A stretch of DNA of 64,000 nucleotides from an uncultured Sulfolobales archaeon. GTDB taxonomy: Archaea > Thermoproteota > Thermoprotei_A > Sulfolobales > NBVN01. Below are positions 44,464 to 53,522 of the stretch, piece by piece; within the stretch, counting starts at the first letter, position 1; each line of letters begins with the position of its first letter. The notes under the pieces are model-generated. The model did not search any database. It was given only the letters and a program-made list of their open reading frames with translations, and was not told the DNA's origin. The translations under genes were made by a program, and so were the position numbers. The stretch lies in the NCBI GenBank assembly GCA_938073905.1, contig CALJEN010000005.1:66667-130666 (forward strand), given 5' to 3'.

Positions 44464-45391
44464 GCTCCACCTGGGCTTCTACAGGTACCTGGACGAGGGT
44501 CTCGCCTACGGGTCCGTAGGCGTGGCGCTGGAGGACCCGCACCTCGAGCTGCGCCTCACGACCTCCGGAGTCGGTGGGGGACTGGAGGTCAGGGCTCCGA
44601 CGGAGGAGGCCAGGGAGGCCGCAGCGAGAGTCGCCAGGAGCCTGGGGCTCTCAAGCGGAGTTCTGGAGGTCCTCGGATACGTGAAGCACCACGTAGGTCT
44701 CGGGTCCATCACGAGGACGTACCTGGCTACCGCGATAGCCGCGTCCGTTCAGCTCAAGGCGGTGAACCTCGACCTAGAGGAGCTGCTAGTAAAGCTGGGC
44801 AGGTGCAGGTACAGCTGCGTAGGGTACTACACCATGGTCTACGGCGGTCTGGCCGTCGACACTGGGGTGGGACATCCTGGGGACGGCATACCGAAGCCCC
44901 TGATGCTCCTCAAGTTCCCCCAGCACTGGTACGTAGTGCTAGCAGTGCCGGAGGGCAGGGGCCTGAGGGAGGAAGAAGAGGAGGTGCACATGAGAGACCC
45001 GGTTCAGGTGAGCGAGCAGAGAGAGCTCTACAGAGCCCTCGTTGAGCTGACCACGGGAGTCAGACTGGAGAGGATAGACCTGTTCGCGCGCGGTGTCGAG
45101 ACCATCCAGGAGGTCGCCGGCAGGTACTTCTCGAGAGCGCAAGGAGGGTTCTTCAGCAGTCCCTACGGGGACTTGATCGCCGAGGTCATGAGGAGAAGTG
45201 GCTTGAGAGGGATAGGTCAGAGCAGCTGGGGACCGACCGTCTACGGGTTCACCGACAGCTACAGCACGGCCGAGCTCGCGCGGAGATCCGTGCTGAGCGC
45301 GCTGGATAGGATCGGTGTAGGCTGCGATGCGTGGGTCACCAGGGTCTCCGACGTGGGCTACAGCGTCCAGGTCTCGAGTTCTAGGCTCTGA
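44426..45391 (+). CDS. Beta-ribofuranosylaminobenzene 5'-phosphate synthase-like (GHMP-fold, MptG family)
   Basis: The N-terminus has RLHLGF and the GHMP motif is HHVGLGSITR. It follows the MptE-like gene. The start (TTG 44426 or GTG 44441) is uncertain. Confidence 0.65.
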   Translation: MSASRVAVRAGYRLHLGFYRYLDEGLAYGSVGVALEDPHLELRLTTSGVGGGLEVRAPTEEAREAAARVARSLGLSSGVLEVLGYVKHHVGLGSITRTYLATAIAASVQLKAVNLDLEELLVKLGRCRYSCVGYYTMVYGGLAVDTGVGHPGDGIPKPLMLLKFPQHWYVVLAVPEGRGLREEEEEVHMRDPVQVSEQRELYRALVELTTGVRLERIDLFARGVETIQEVAGRYFSRAQGGFFSSPYGDLIAEVMRRSGLRGIGQSSWGPTVYGFTDSYSTAELARRSVLSALDRIGVGCDAWVTRVSDVGYSVQVSSSRL

Positions 45392-46382
45392 CCAGGGAGA
45401 GGGCCCAGTAGAGAGCCAGGGACGCGGTGCTGGTCACCACCTGTAGGGTCACGTACCTCCTGACCAGCTCGACCTCGGTCAGCCCTCTCCCGAGGACGAG
45501 CAACCTCACGAGCGTCACCGGGGCCTTGGGGTTGCAGCTGGCGGCGATAACGCCCCCACTCCTCATTACTGTGGGTCTCGCGACGGCCTCCTTGCTCCTG
45601 AGCCCCGCTGTAAATAGAACGAGGTATCCGTTGAGGATCTGCGGCATCAGGAGCATCAAGGCTAGGAACTCCCTCCTCGACGTCAGAATTAAGGAGGCTG
45701 CGAGGCTCCCTATCAGGTGAGAGCCCGAGTTGCCGTTCAGCATCTTCGCTGGGTACTTGTTCATAGGCAGGTAGCCTACCACCACCGCCAGGCACGTGAG
45801 GAGCAAGACCTCGAAGCCCTCGAGGGGGCTCGGCCCTGGCATGAGAGTGGAGAGGAGTATCGAGGCGGCGAACACTAGGAACGCCGAGGCTATCAGCCCG
45901 TTGTGCGTGTCGCTCATGTTGAACGCGTTGGCCGCGACGTCGTAGGCCGCCACGATCATCAGTGGGTAGAGCACCGTCAGCCGCAGGTGCCCTACTCCGG
46001 GCACGTAGGGGTGGGGATCGTAGAGGTGCAGGAGTGCGGGAGGCAGGGCCGGTAGGCAGAAGAGGAGGAGCTTGGACGCAACGCCCAGGCGCCTGAGGTC
46101 GTCGACTAGCCCTATGAGCCCGGTCAGAATAGCCGAGAGCACGTAGACGAGTACCAGCTCGTTCAGCTTACCGAGAGCGCTCCAGTAGAGCAGACCCACC
46201 GCTAGGGACAGCATCAGAGCAACGCCCCCGGAGCGGGCAACGAGAGTCCTCTCGGGTTTGTGCGCGTCTACGTCTACGAACCCGATCCTCATCTGCAGCC
46301 GGTGAACGGCCACCGCTATCAGGTAGCTGGTCAAGGAGATCAGGGCCGCTGGGGCCACTAGGTCTAGCTTCAGCATCTTCAT
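45381..46382 (-). CDS. aglH: MraY/WecA-family (GT4) dolichyl-phosphate GlcNAc-1-P transferase, AglH-like
   Basis: Has 10-11 TM segments, GLVDDLRRLG (DD motif) and NAFNMSDTHNGL, a variant of NxxNxxDGxDGL. Confidence 0.75.
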   Translation of the reverse strand: MKMLKLDLVAPAALISLTSYLIAVAVHRLQMRIGFVDVDAHKPERTLVARSGGVALMLSLAVGLLYWSALGKLNELVLVYVLSAILTGLIGLVDDLRRLGVASKLLLFCLPALPPALLHLYDPHPYVPGVGHLRLTVLYPLMIVAAYDVAANAFNMSDTHNGLIASAFLVFAASILLSTLMPGPSPLEGFEVLLLTCLAVVVGYLPMNKYPAKMLNGNSGSHLIGSLAASLILTSRREFLALMLLMPQILNGYLVLFTAGLRSKEAVARPTVMRSGGVIAASCNPKAPVTLVRLLVLGRGLTEVELVRRYVTLQVVTSTASLALYWALSLVRA

Positions 46383-46405
46383 CTGGCACCAGGTCCGCCT
46401 TCCCG

Positions 46406-46413
46406 CTTATAAG
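46406..46413. promoter_or_regulatory. Palindromic TATA box CTTATAAG between the divergent aglH and threonine dehydratase genes
   Basis: Lies 24 nt from the aglH ATG (46382, - strand) and 44 nt from GTG 46457 (+ strand). Confidence 0.55.
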
Positions 46414-46456
46414 CATGAGGGGGTGAGACGGTCGGGAATGCGCTAGGTGGAGGCCT

Positions 46457-47677
46457 GTGAGCTCCCTAGACAAGATATGGGACCTCACCAAGCGCGCTAA
46501 CGAGGTGCTCGAGGGGGTCGTCCACAGGACGCCGCTCGTCCACTCGCACTTCTTCTCAAAGGTCTCGGGCAGCAACGTGTTCATGAAGCTCGAGAACCTG
46601 CAGAAGACGGGCTCCTTCAAGGTCCGGGGCGCCTACTTCAAGATGCTCTCGGAGCTAGAGAGGTGCAGGAGGAGCGGTGTCGTGGCCGCCTCCTCGGGCA
46701 ATCACGCTCAGGGAGTGGCCTACTCAGCCTCCGTGCTGGGAGTGGAAGCCACCATCGTGATGCCGGAGACCACTCCCCCCTACAAGATCAACGCCACCAG
46801 ATCCTACGGGGCCCGGGTCATACTCCATGGAAGCGTATACGACGAGGCCTACGAGAGGGCCATCGAGATATCGAGGGAGAGCGGAGCCCTCTTCGTCCAC
46901 CCCTTCGACGATCCCTACGTTATAGCTGGACAGGGGACGATAGGGATCGAGATCGCCAGCGGCCTGAGGAACGTGGACTACGTGCTGGTGCCGGTCGGTG
47001 GCGGTGGGCTCGTATCGGGCATAGCGCTGGCCGTCAAGAGGATCCTGGGGAAGGGGGTCAAGGTGGTGGCAGTCGAGCCGAAAGCCGCTCCGAAGCTCTA
47101 CCAGTCCAGGGCCGCCGGGAGACCGGTCGCGGTGCCGGTCGAGCCCAGCCTCGCGGACGGAGTGCTAGCCAAGTCTGTGGGGGAGCTGACCTACAAGCTG
47201 ACGAGCGAGCTGGTCGACGACGTCGTTCTGGTCGACGAGGACCTGATAGCGCGGGCCATGTTCCTGCTGCTCGAGAGAGCCAAGCTCCTGGCCGAGGGCG
47301 CGGGAGCGCTGCCGCTCGCGGCGATCCTGGGTGGCTACGTGGAGAGAGGGAAGAACGTCGTGGCCGTCGTGAGCGGGGGGAACGCTGACCTGACGACTAT
47401 ATACAGGGTGATACTGAAGGGGCTCAGCGCCGAGAGGCGGGTCGCGAAGCTGACTCTGTTCCTCAGGGACTCTCCCGGGACCCTGCAGAGAGCCCTGGGG
47501 ATCCTCTCCAAGCACAAGTGCAACGTGCTAGAGGTAAAGCACGAGAGGGCGGGAGTGCAGATACCCGTGGGCTACGCGCTGGTCGAGGTGCTCTTCGAGC
47601 TCCCGGAGGAGAGCGTCCTCGACGCCGTAACGAAGGAGCTCGTGAGCCAGGGAGCGCTCGTGGTCTCCTCCCAGTAG
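46457..47677 (+). CDS. ilvA: Threonine ammonia-lyase (PLP-dependent, with a C-terminal ACT-like domain)
   Basis: The PLP lysine motif is QKTGSFKVRGA. Other blocks are SSGNHAQG and VPVGGGGL. There is a C-terminal regulatory domain of about 80 aa. Confidence 0.85.
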   Translation: MSSLDKIWDLTKRANEVLEGVVHRTPLVHSHFFSKVSGSNVFMKLENLQKTGSFKVRGAYFKMLSELERCRRSGVVAASSGNHAQGVAYSASVLGVEATIVMPETTPPYKINATRSYGARVILHGSVYDEAYERAIEISRESGALFVHPFDDPYVIAGQGTIGIEIASGLRNVDYVLVPVGGGGLVSGIALAVKRILGKGVKVVAVEPKAAPKLYQSRAAGRPVAVPVEPSLADGVLAKSVGELTYKLTSELVDDVVLVDEDLIARAMFLLLERAKLLAEGAGALPLAAILGGYVERGKNVVAVVSGGNADLTTIYRVILKGLSAERRVAKLTLFLRDSPGTLQRALGILSKHKCNVLEVKHERAGVQIPVGYALVEVLFELPEESVLDAVTKELVSQGALVVSSQ

Positions 47678-47692
47678 AGAGGCCTCGAGTCC

Positions 47693-48301
47693 TCAGCGGA
47701 TCCCGGGAGGCTCCGCCCTCAAACTGCCGAGCACGTAAAGGACTAGGCTCCTCCTAAAGGAGTTCTCGACGGCTTCAACGGCCTCGAGAGCCTCCCCGAG
47801 GCTCCTCCCGACTCCGACGATGCCGTGACCCTTCAGGACCACGGCCCTGCAGCCCTCCGAGACTGCCCTGCTCACGGCCTCGGCGAGCTCCCTCGAACCG
47901 GGCGCCAGCTCACCGACGTGGCAGACCCTGATGCCGTAGGCCCTCAGCTCCAGGTCCTCGAGGGGCTCCAGGAGACCGGACAGCACCGAGGAGAGGAGCC
48001 CGTGGACGTGGACGACCGATCCGCAGTCCGGGCACGCCGCGTAAACACCCAGGTGCATCCAGACCTCTATCGAGGGTCTGGGGCCGCTCACGTGCTCCCC
48101 GCTCAGGGTCACCACCGACAAGTCCTCGGGCTCTAGGAGGAACTTGATCCTGCCGGAGGGGGTTATCGCTATCCTGTTCTCGCCCAGCCTCACGCTAGCG
48201 TTGCCGCTGAGGGCCGATATGAGGCCCTTGACGTAGAGGTACCTCATGGCCTGGCAGAGCTCCTCCAGGGGCCTCCGGTCTCCGGACGCCACCGCGAGCA
48301 C
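47693..48301 (-). CDS. Class II aldolase/adducin-family protein (fuculose-1-P aldolase / MtnB-like)
   Basis: Shows GNASVRL, ITPSG and HVHG (zinc His) motifs. TATA CTTTATATC lies about 25 nt upstream. Confidence 0.8.
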   Translation of the reverse strand: MLAVASGDRRPLEELCQAMRYLYVKGLISALSGNASVRLGENRIAITPSGRIKFLLEPEDLSVVTLSGEHVSGPRPSIEVWMHLGVYAACPDCGSVVHVHGLLSSVLSGLLEPLEDLELRAYGIRVCHVGELAPGSRELAEAVSRAVSEGCRAVVLKGHGIVGVGRSLGEALEAVEAVENSFRRSLVLYVLGSLRAEPPGIR

Positions 48302-48508
48302 CGGGTTTCCGGTCGGATCGATAGATATAAAGCGAAGGCGGTCGCGCTTCCGCGAGACCCCTGCTCAGACGGTTCCCGTTCGTCGGAAGCCGTCCCTACG
48401 CTGCCCCGCAGCGCCCAACCTAGGCGTGCTCCGAAAGCGACGCTGGCGCGCGGTCAACGAGAGGACGCCCTGCGCACGCGGGTCGTGTGCCTCGCGAGAA
48501 GCGGTCGA

Positions 48509-48672
48509 CCGTTGTCGCGTAGTCAACACTTCGTGACTACGCGTTCCACCCCGGCCCCGGAGGCCTCGGTGGCTTTCGGGGGCAACGGTAAAGCACCCCA
48601 CATCGAGCGCCTCATAGCGTGCCCATTCGGCTTACTCGCTTCGCCACATACCGGGCGCGCCTATCCCGCCAT
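48509..48672 (-). ncRNA. Copy C of the three-copy structured RNA-like element
   Basis: Aligns with copy B from the A/T box to the terminal hairpin (48516-48543) and the CAACGG tail. The predicted helices are maintained despite substitutions and indels. Confidence 0.5.
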
Positions 48673-48692
48673 CACGTAGTGTTGGGGAGAAG

Positions 48693-48700
48693 TATATAAA
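48693..48700 (-). promoter_or_regulatory. TATA box (TTTATATA on the - strand) preceding element copy C
   Basis: A strong A/T octamer about 25 nt upstream of the conserved body. It aligns with the A/T box of copy B. Confidence 0.5.
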
Positions 48701-48827
48701 GTTTACTATTTAGGGGCTGCAGCCGAACCCCGAGCTCGGTCCCAGGAGGACAGAGGGCTCGGTGCTCGGGGCGGTCGTAGTTGAAGTAGATTCTCTAGTT
48801 CGAGATCCCAGAGGTATCCGGCGGCTG

Positions 48828-49541
48828 TCAGGTCCCCCTTAGGATCCTTCTGGACTCCTCCACTATCTCTATCCCATGGCTAGTCCCGATCACGCGGGCA
48901 CCGAGGTAGAGGAGGAGGGCTGCGTCCAGGGCCGTCCTTATGCCTCCGGAGGCCTTGATCCCGCACCTCCCGGTGATGGCAGACCTTATGGTCACTACGT
49001 CGGACGGGAGGACCCCTCTAGTCCCGAAGCCCGTGTTCGTCTTGACGAAGTCAGCACCGGCCTCCTCGACTATCCTCGAGGATGCCTCTACCTCCTCCCT
49101 CCTCAGCACGGACGTCTCTAAGATCACCTTCACTGTCAGTCCGTACTCCCTAGCCCTCCCGACCACCCTAGAGACCTCGTCAGCCAGTTCCCTCCACCTA
49201 CCGCTCTTGGCCAGCACGGTGTTCATGACAACGTCTACCTCCCTGGCGCCACCGCTCGCAGCGAGGTCTATCTCGCGCAGCTTCACCTCCAGGGGGACGT
49301 AGCCGTTCGGGAACCCTGCGACCGTCCCCACCGTGTGCCTGGTCACCGGAACCACTACGGGGAGTAGGGCTAGGGGGACCACTATCGACCTGAACCTGTA
49401 CCTCTCCGACGCCTCGACGAAGGCGAGGTAGTCCCTCTCCGACGCATCCATCCTCAGCATGGTCTGGTCTATCGACTCCTCGAGGAGGGCTCCCAGGTAA
49501 CCGTGGAGGTAGCGCGGGACGGAGCTAGTCGATCCAGTCAC
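48828..49541 (-). CDS. deoC: Deoxyribose-phosphate aldolase
   Basis: Shows IDQTML (IDHTLL-like), VKTNTGFG (Schiff-base Lys region) and IKASGGIRT. Confidence 0.85.
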   Translation of the reverse strand: MTGSTSSVPRYLHGYLGALLEESIDQTMLRMDASERDYLAFVEASERYRFRSIVVPLALLPVVVPVTRHTVGTVAGFPNGYVPLEVKLREIDLAASGGAREVDVVMNTVLAKSGRWRELADEVSRVVGRAREYGLTVKVILETSVLRREEVEASSRIVEEAGADFVKTNTGFGTRGVLPSDVVTIRSAITGRCGIKASGGIRTALDAALLLYLGARVIGTSHGIEIVEESRRILRGT

Positions 49542-50715
49542 CCACCTCGATCTTCTCCGGGACGTACCTGTCCGCTAGGAACTTGAGGCCCTTGCTGGCC
49601 AGAGCCTCTATCTCGAGCTTGACCCTCCTAGCCAGGAACTCGTCGAGCTCTATCTGCCACCTCTCAGACCTGAACCACGGGTACTCCCGGAGCTCCTTGG
49701 CCCTCTTCACGTCGCGCTCCTTGGCCCTGATTATGAAGCTCCTCCTCTCCTCCTCGGAGAGGTAGGGGCTCTTCCCGAGCTTCCTGCTCCCGAAGATGTC
49801 GGTCATCATAACCCCGAGGAACCTCGCGCGGGGAGTCGCGAGCCTCTCGCTCTCGTATGAGAGAGTTATGGACCCCGTCTTGAAGACGCTGTATATGTAA
49901 TACCCGTAGGGGTCCGAGTCCGTGAGCACGTAGACTGGTAGGCCGAGCTCCTCGTTGAGCCTCCTGACGAACCTCCGGGTCGCCCTGTCCGGCTGCCCCG
50001 CGCTCGTGACGAGCACGGCGCGGTACCTCTTCCAGAAGCCTATCCTGTGGAGCTGCTGGAAGACGGCGTCCTTCTCGACCACCAGGACGAAGTCCGCGTT
50101 GACCTCGACGAAGTCTATGAGGTCCGGCGTGGGCTCTATGGCGTAGGCGCCGTGCCCCATCTTGCTCAGGTCTATGACGTCGTCCCCCGACCTTATCCTC
50201 AGATCTCCGACGACCTTGCCCTTCTCCTTGCTCAGGACGAGCATCTCCTCCCGGAGCACGTTGATGAAGACCTCTATGTCCCTCAGCACGGAATCGGACT
50301 CCGCCTGCTCGTCCCAGGTGTTCTCCTCCCCGACGGCCTTCGACGGGATCTTCCTGTACCTTATCGTGTGCTTGCCTCTGTAGTAGAGGTCTCTTATGGT
50401 CGGGTACTCCCCCTGGGTCAGCGCCTCGTATATTATGCTCGCCATGAGCATAGTCTGCATGAACTTCCTCGCCTCGCGCAGGTCTAGGAACGACCTCTCG
50501 AAGGTGGCGTCGCCCAGGAGGAGGAGCTTCCGCTCGGGGTCGTAGATAGTGTTGCTGAGAGTCCTCTTCTTTATCACCAGCCTCGGCACTCTGCCTTCCA
50601 CCACGTCCTTGAGGACGTCGTAGAACTTCTCGTGGAGGATCTTGAGGGCCCTCTCGCGGGCCCCAGCGTCCACCCTGGTCGTGTAGCCGCCGGTGCTCAT
50701 CCTAGACCACCACAC
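49525..50715 (-). CDS. top6A: DNA topoisomerase VI subunit A (Spo11 homolog)
   Basis: The Toprim block is VLVVEKDAVF and the SAGQPDRATRRF block is present. It overlaps top6B by 14 nt. Confidence 0.95.
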   Translation of the reverse strand: MWWSRMSTGGYTTRVDAGARERALKILHEKFYDVLKDVVEGRVPRLVIKKRTLSNTIYDPERKLLLLGDATFERSFLDLREARKFMQTMLMASIIYEALTQGEYPTIRDLYYRGKHTIRYRKIPSKAVGEENTWDEQAESDSVLRDIEVFINVLREEMLVLSKEKGKVVGDLRIRSGDDVIDLSKMGHGAYAIEPTPDLIDFVEVNADFVLVVEKDAVFQQLHRIGFWKRYRAVLVTSAGQPDRATRRFVRRLNEELGLPVYVLTDSDPYGYYIYSVFKTGSITLSYESERLATPRARFLGVMMTDIFGSRKLGKSPYLSEEERRSFIIRAKERDVKRAKELREYPWFRSERWQIELDEFLARRVKLEIEALASKGLKFLADRYVPEKIEVGDWID

Positions 50716-52327
50716 TGCCGAGGTCTGCTATCTTGAACGACCTGAGCCTCGAGTTGAGCATCTCCAGCAGCTTCACGGATACCTCCCGTGGGTCTACTCC
50801 GTACATTTTGGAGAGCGAGCTCGCCACCTCGGGTATGTACTTCGCTATCTCCACGGCCCTCTCCACCTCCTCCAGCTCCCTCCTCTTCCTCAGTATGTAC
50901 GACCTGAGCTCTCTGAGCACTCCGCGGAGCGCCGCCTCCACCTCCTCCTCTATCTCCGGCACGTCCGCCACAGCCTCCTTCCCAACCCCCTTGTAGGGGA
51001 TCTTGGTGCTGCATATGTGGGTGAGTATGATGAGAGGCGCCGGGAACTCCACCTCGTAGACCTTGAAGTCTATGCCCCTCTTCTCGTCTATGATCTTGAA
51101 CACCACGTCACTCCCCTCGTCGTAGAGCAGGGGGATCTTGTTAGCGTACCTCAGAACCAGAGGCCGATCGGCCACCGGCACCTTTCCTCCGTAGGCTACC
51201 CCGGCCTCGACCACGAAGGCGTGACCCTCGTAGACCGAGGGCCTCCTGGTGACGGCGGCAACGAACTCCGGCTCGAAGACCTTCTTGAGGCCGGCCACTA
51301 TGATCTCCTCGCCCAGGTACGACAGGTGGTCGGCCCTCGGAGGCTTCACGTCTCTATAGCTCCTCATCACCCTAACCAGGGCCTCCACCTCCTGCTCCGC
51401 GAGGTCTCCGGACATCTTCTCCGGGTCGAGCCGGGCCTCCTCGAGGATCCTCAGCGCCGTCGCCGTTCCCACTCCCTGGAAGCTCTTGACGAGGGTCTCC
51501 GCCAGGGGGCTGTTGGGCATGGACTTCAGAACGCTCTTCATGGTCTCTATATCGACGCCGTGGGGGTGCGGTAGGGTCTCCCTGGCCGGGGGCGGCAGCT
51601 TCTCTATAGACCTCTCGAAGAGCAGGTAGTTCCCCTCGGGATCCCTAAACAGTATCTCGGCGTAGGGAGCCACTATCGCGGTCCTCTTCATGTACTCGTA
51701 TATCCTCTGCTTAGACCGCGACCAGTCGCCCAGCGTGATCAGCCTGACGCTGGTGCCGTGGGTTCCCGAGATGTTCGATGTCGTGGAGAAGCCCAGGACT
51801 ACCGGTCTGTTCTCCCCAATGTCTATCTTCAGCTTGAAGCCGTAGACGCGCTTAGACTTTATCGGAGCCACTACCACCTCGGCCGGCTGGCCAGTGGTGA
51901 TCTGAGCGTAGAGAAGGGCCATCTTGGCTCCCAGCCCGAACATGCCCCTCGACTGCTTCAGGACGTACTTGGAGCTGAACAGCAGCTGAGCAAAGGCCTG
52001 GGGGACGTACTTGGGCGGTATCCCCACACCGTTGTCCTCCACGATCACTTCGTAGTAGGCTCCCTCCGGGACCACCTCCATCTCTCTTATGGATACCTTG
52101 ATCCTCGGGAGGATGCCGTAGTTCTCGGTAGCGTCGAGGGAGTTCTCGACTAGCTCCCTGACGGTCTGATATAGAGCTCTGGCGGGGTTCGAGAAGCCAG
52201 CTATCTCTTTGTTCTTGTAGAAGAACTCGGCCGCGGAGATGGACTTGAAGCTCTCCTCCACTGCAGCCACCTCCTCCACACCCAGATGCACTCTAGCGCC
52301 CCATTCTTTAAAGGCGGGGAGAGCCAA
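50702..52327 (-). CDS. top6B: DNA topoisomerase VI subunit B (GHKL ATPase)
   Basis: The Bergerat-fold motifs are ELVENSLDA and GMFGLGAK. The N-terminus has SAAEFFYKN. The true start may be GTG 52279, because a CTTTAAAG box lies at 52306-52313 inside the annotated 5' end. Confidence 0.95.
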   Translation of the reverse strand: MALPAFKEWGARVHLGVEEVAAVEESFKSISAAEFFYKNKEIAGFSNPARALYQTVRELVENSLDATENYGILPRIKVSIREMEVVPEGAYYEVIVEDNGVGIPPKYVPQAFAQLLFSSKYVLKQSRGMFGLGAKMALLYAQITTGQPAEVVVAPIKSKRVYGFKLKIDIGENRPVVLGFSTTSNISGTHGTSVRLITLGDWSRSKQRIYEYMKRTAIVAPYAEILFRDPEGNYLLFERSIEKLPPPARETLPHPHGVDIETMKSVLKSMPNSPLAETLVKSFQGVGTATALRILEEARLDPEKMSGDLAEQEVEALVRVMRSYRDVKPPRADHLSYLGEEIIVAGLKKVFEPEFVAAVTRRPSVYEGHAFVVEAGVAYGGKVPVADRPLVLRYANKIPLLYDEGSDVVFKIIDEKRGIDFKVYEVEFPAPLIILTHICSTKIPYKGVGKEAVADVPEIEEEVEAALRGVLRELRSYILRKRRELEEVERAVEIAKYIPEVASSLSKMYGVDPREVSVKLLEMLNSRLRSFKIADLGSVVV

Positions 52328-52332
52328 CCGGA

Positions 52333-52390
52333 GAGCTCAGAGAAGAGAAGACACATCAGCTATCAGGAGACCGTCGTTTCATCACCTAAA
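52333..52390 (-). ncRNA. Box C/D sRNA (2'-O-methylation guide)
   Basis: The - strand reads GUGAUGA (C, 52385-52379), a 12-nt guide AACGACGGUCUC, CUGA (D', 52366-52363), UAG, CUGAUGU (C', 52359-52353), a 12-nt guide GUCUUCUCUUCU and CUGA (D, 52340-52337). This is canonical archaeal geometry. Confidence 0.75.
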
Positions 52391-52471
52391 GTGCGGAGGC
52401 TCTGCCAGCGTCTGCGCGCACTCCCGGGAGAGCCCCGCACCTCGGCTCTCCGTCCGTGCTCGAGTTTCCCG

Positions 52472-52921
52472 CTAAGCTCTCCGGGAGTCCATGATCAGTA
52501 GGTACCTCGTTAAGAGGGGGCATCTGGTCGGGTCGTAGTAGCCTCCTATGCCGCACCTGCCTATGTGCCTGCACGTGAAGCACGGCACCTCGAGCACCGG
52601 GTTCAGGCTCACGGAGACGCTAACGGGAGCCCTCGAGTCGTCGGCATACCTCAGAATGTACGTCTTCCTCCCCCTGTGCGTCGTAGCCTCCCTGAGCAGG
52701 AGACCCTTCCTCATGAGCCTTGTGACCAGCTTGCCACCGTCCCTGCTATCTATATCGAGAATGCGCCACAGCTCGCTCTGCACGATGCCACCGCTCCTCT
52801 TCGTCGCGTCCCTGATTATCTCGAGGGCTCTCTCCTCGAGGCTCTGGTAGCTCTTTATCTGCGACCCCCCGCCAAATTGTGGGTTACGAAGCAAATATAG
52901 CCGGTTCCCTAGGCACCGCAC
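52472..52921 (-). CDS. Winged-helix plus Cys4-cluster protein, TFE-beta / RPC34-like
   Basis: The wHTH is GGIVQSELWRILDIDSRDGGKLVTRLMRKGLL. The C-terminus is CFTCRHIGRCG...DPTRC (four Cys), as in crenarchaeal TFE-beta. The assignment is by pattern only. Confidence 0.5.
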   Translation of the reverse strand: MRCLGNRLYLLRNPQFGGGSQIKSYQSLEERALEIIRDATKRSGGIVQSELWRILDIDSRDGGKLVTRLMRKGLLLREATTHRGRKTYILRYADDSRAPVSVSVSLNPVLEVPCFTCRHIGRCGIGGYYDPTRCPLLTRYLLIMDSRRA

Positions 52922-53012
52922 TCGCCGGAAGGCCCGGACAAAGGTTCCCGAGGCTATCTAGAGGTCGCGCTCGCGCTTAAAACAGCTGCGAACCTAGGTA
53001 GTTAGGCGGGTT

Positions 53013-53522
53013 ATGTCGAGCATAGACAGAGTAGTCCTAACAGAGCTAATGAGCGAGGAGCTCTCCAGACTGGGTCGCGACGAGCTGCTGGACGTAGCTA
53101 GGGAGGTGCAGCAGGGCCTGTCCTTCTGCCTAAGCCGCGCGCTCCCCTGTGCGGAGCTGATCGAGCTCCTCCACGACCTTGCGAAGTCCCTGCCGCGGAT
53201 CAGGCTGTCGAAGGTCTACTCCGGGGCCGTGCCCGCAGAGGCGGACGAGAGATCTTTCGTGGACCTCGAGTTCCTGGAAGGGGTGGCCAGGGGTCTCTAC
53301 ATATACTACATGCTGCTCCTCGGTCTCGCAGACCACGAGCTCAGGGTGCCCGTGAGGTTCGACGAAGAGATAGTCCTGGGCGGGCGCAGGTACAGAGCGT
53401 TCTCCACGAGGCTGGTCAGGGTGACCGAAGCGGTGGCCCTTCTACTCGCTGGAGCCAAGATGAGGATAGTAATGCCAGGGGATATAGCTAAGCGCGTCAA
53501 CGCTCTGCTTCGAGGAGGGTAG
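53013..53522 (+). CDS. Hypothetical protein
   Basis: A 169-codon ORF with genome-typical AGG/AGA usage. I recognise no family. It is followed by a perfect 8-bp hairpin at 53536-53554. Confidence 0.45.
   Translation: MSSIDRVVLTELMSEELSRLGRDELLDVAREVQQGLSFCLSRALPCAELIELLHDLAKSLPRIRLSKVYSGAVPAEADERSFVDLEFLEGVARGLYIYYMLLLGLADHELRVPVRFDEEIVLGGRRYRAFSTRLVRVTEAVALLLAGAKMRIVMPGDIAKRVNALLRGG

Noticed and set aside
50693-51574. A 293-aa + strand ORF antisense to top6B, and similar antisense ORFs in polB (20019-20681), cca (37917-38609), AOR (40900-41619), ilvA (46663-47388) and fumarase (56200-56886)
   Set aside because: All overlap genes with unambiguous family motifs. They have skewed His/Arg/Pro/Leu composition and no upstream TATA box. 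High GC suppresses stop codons on the antisense strand.
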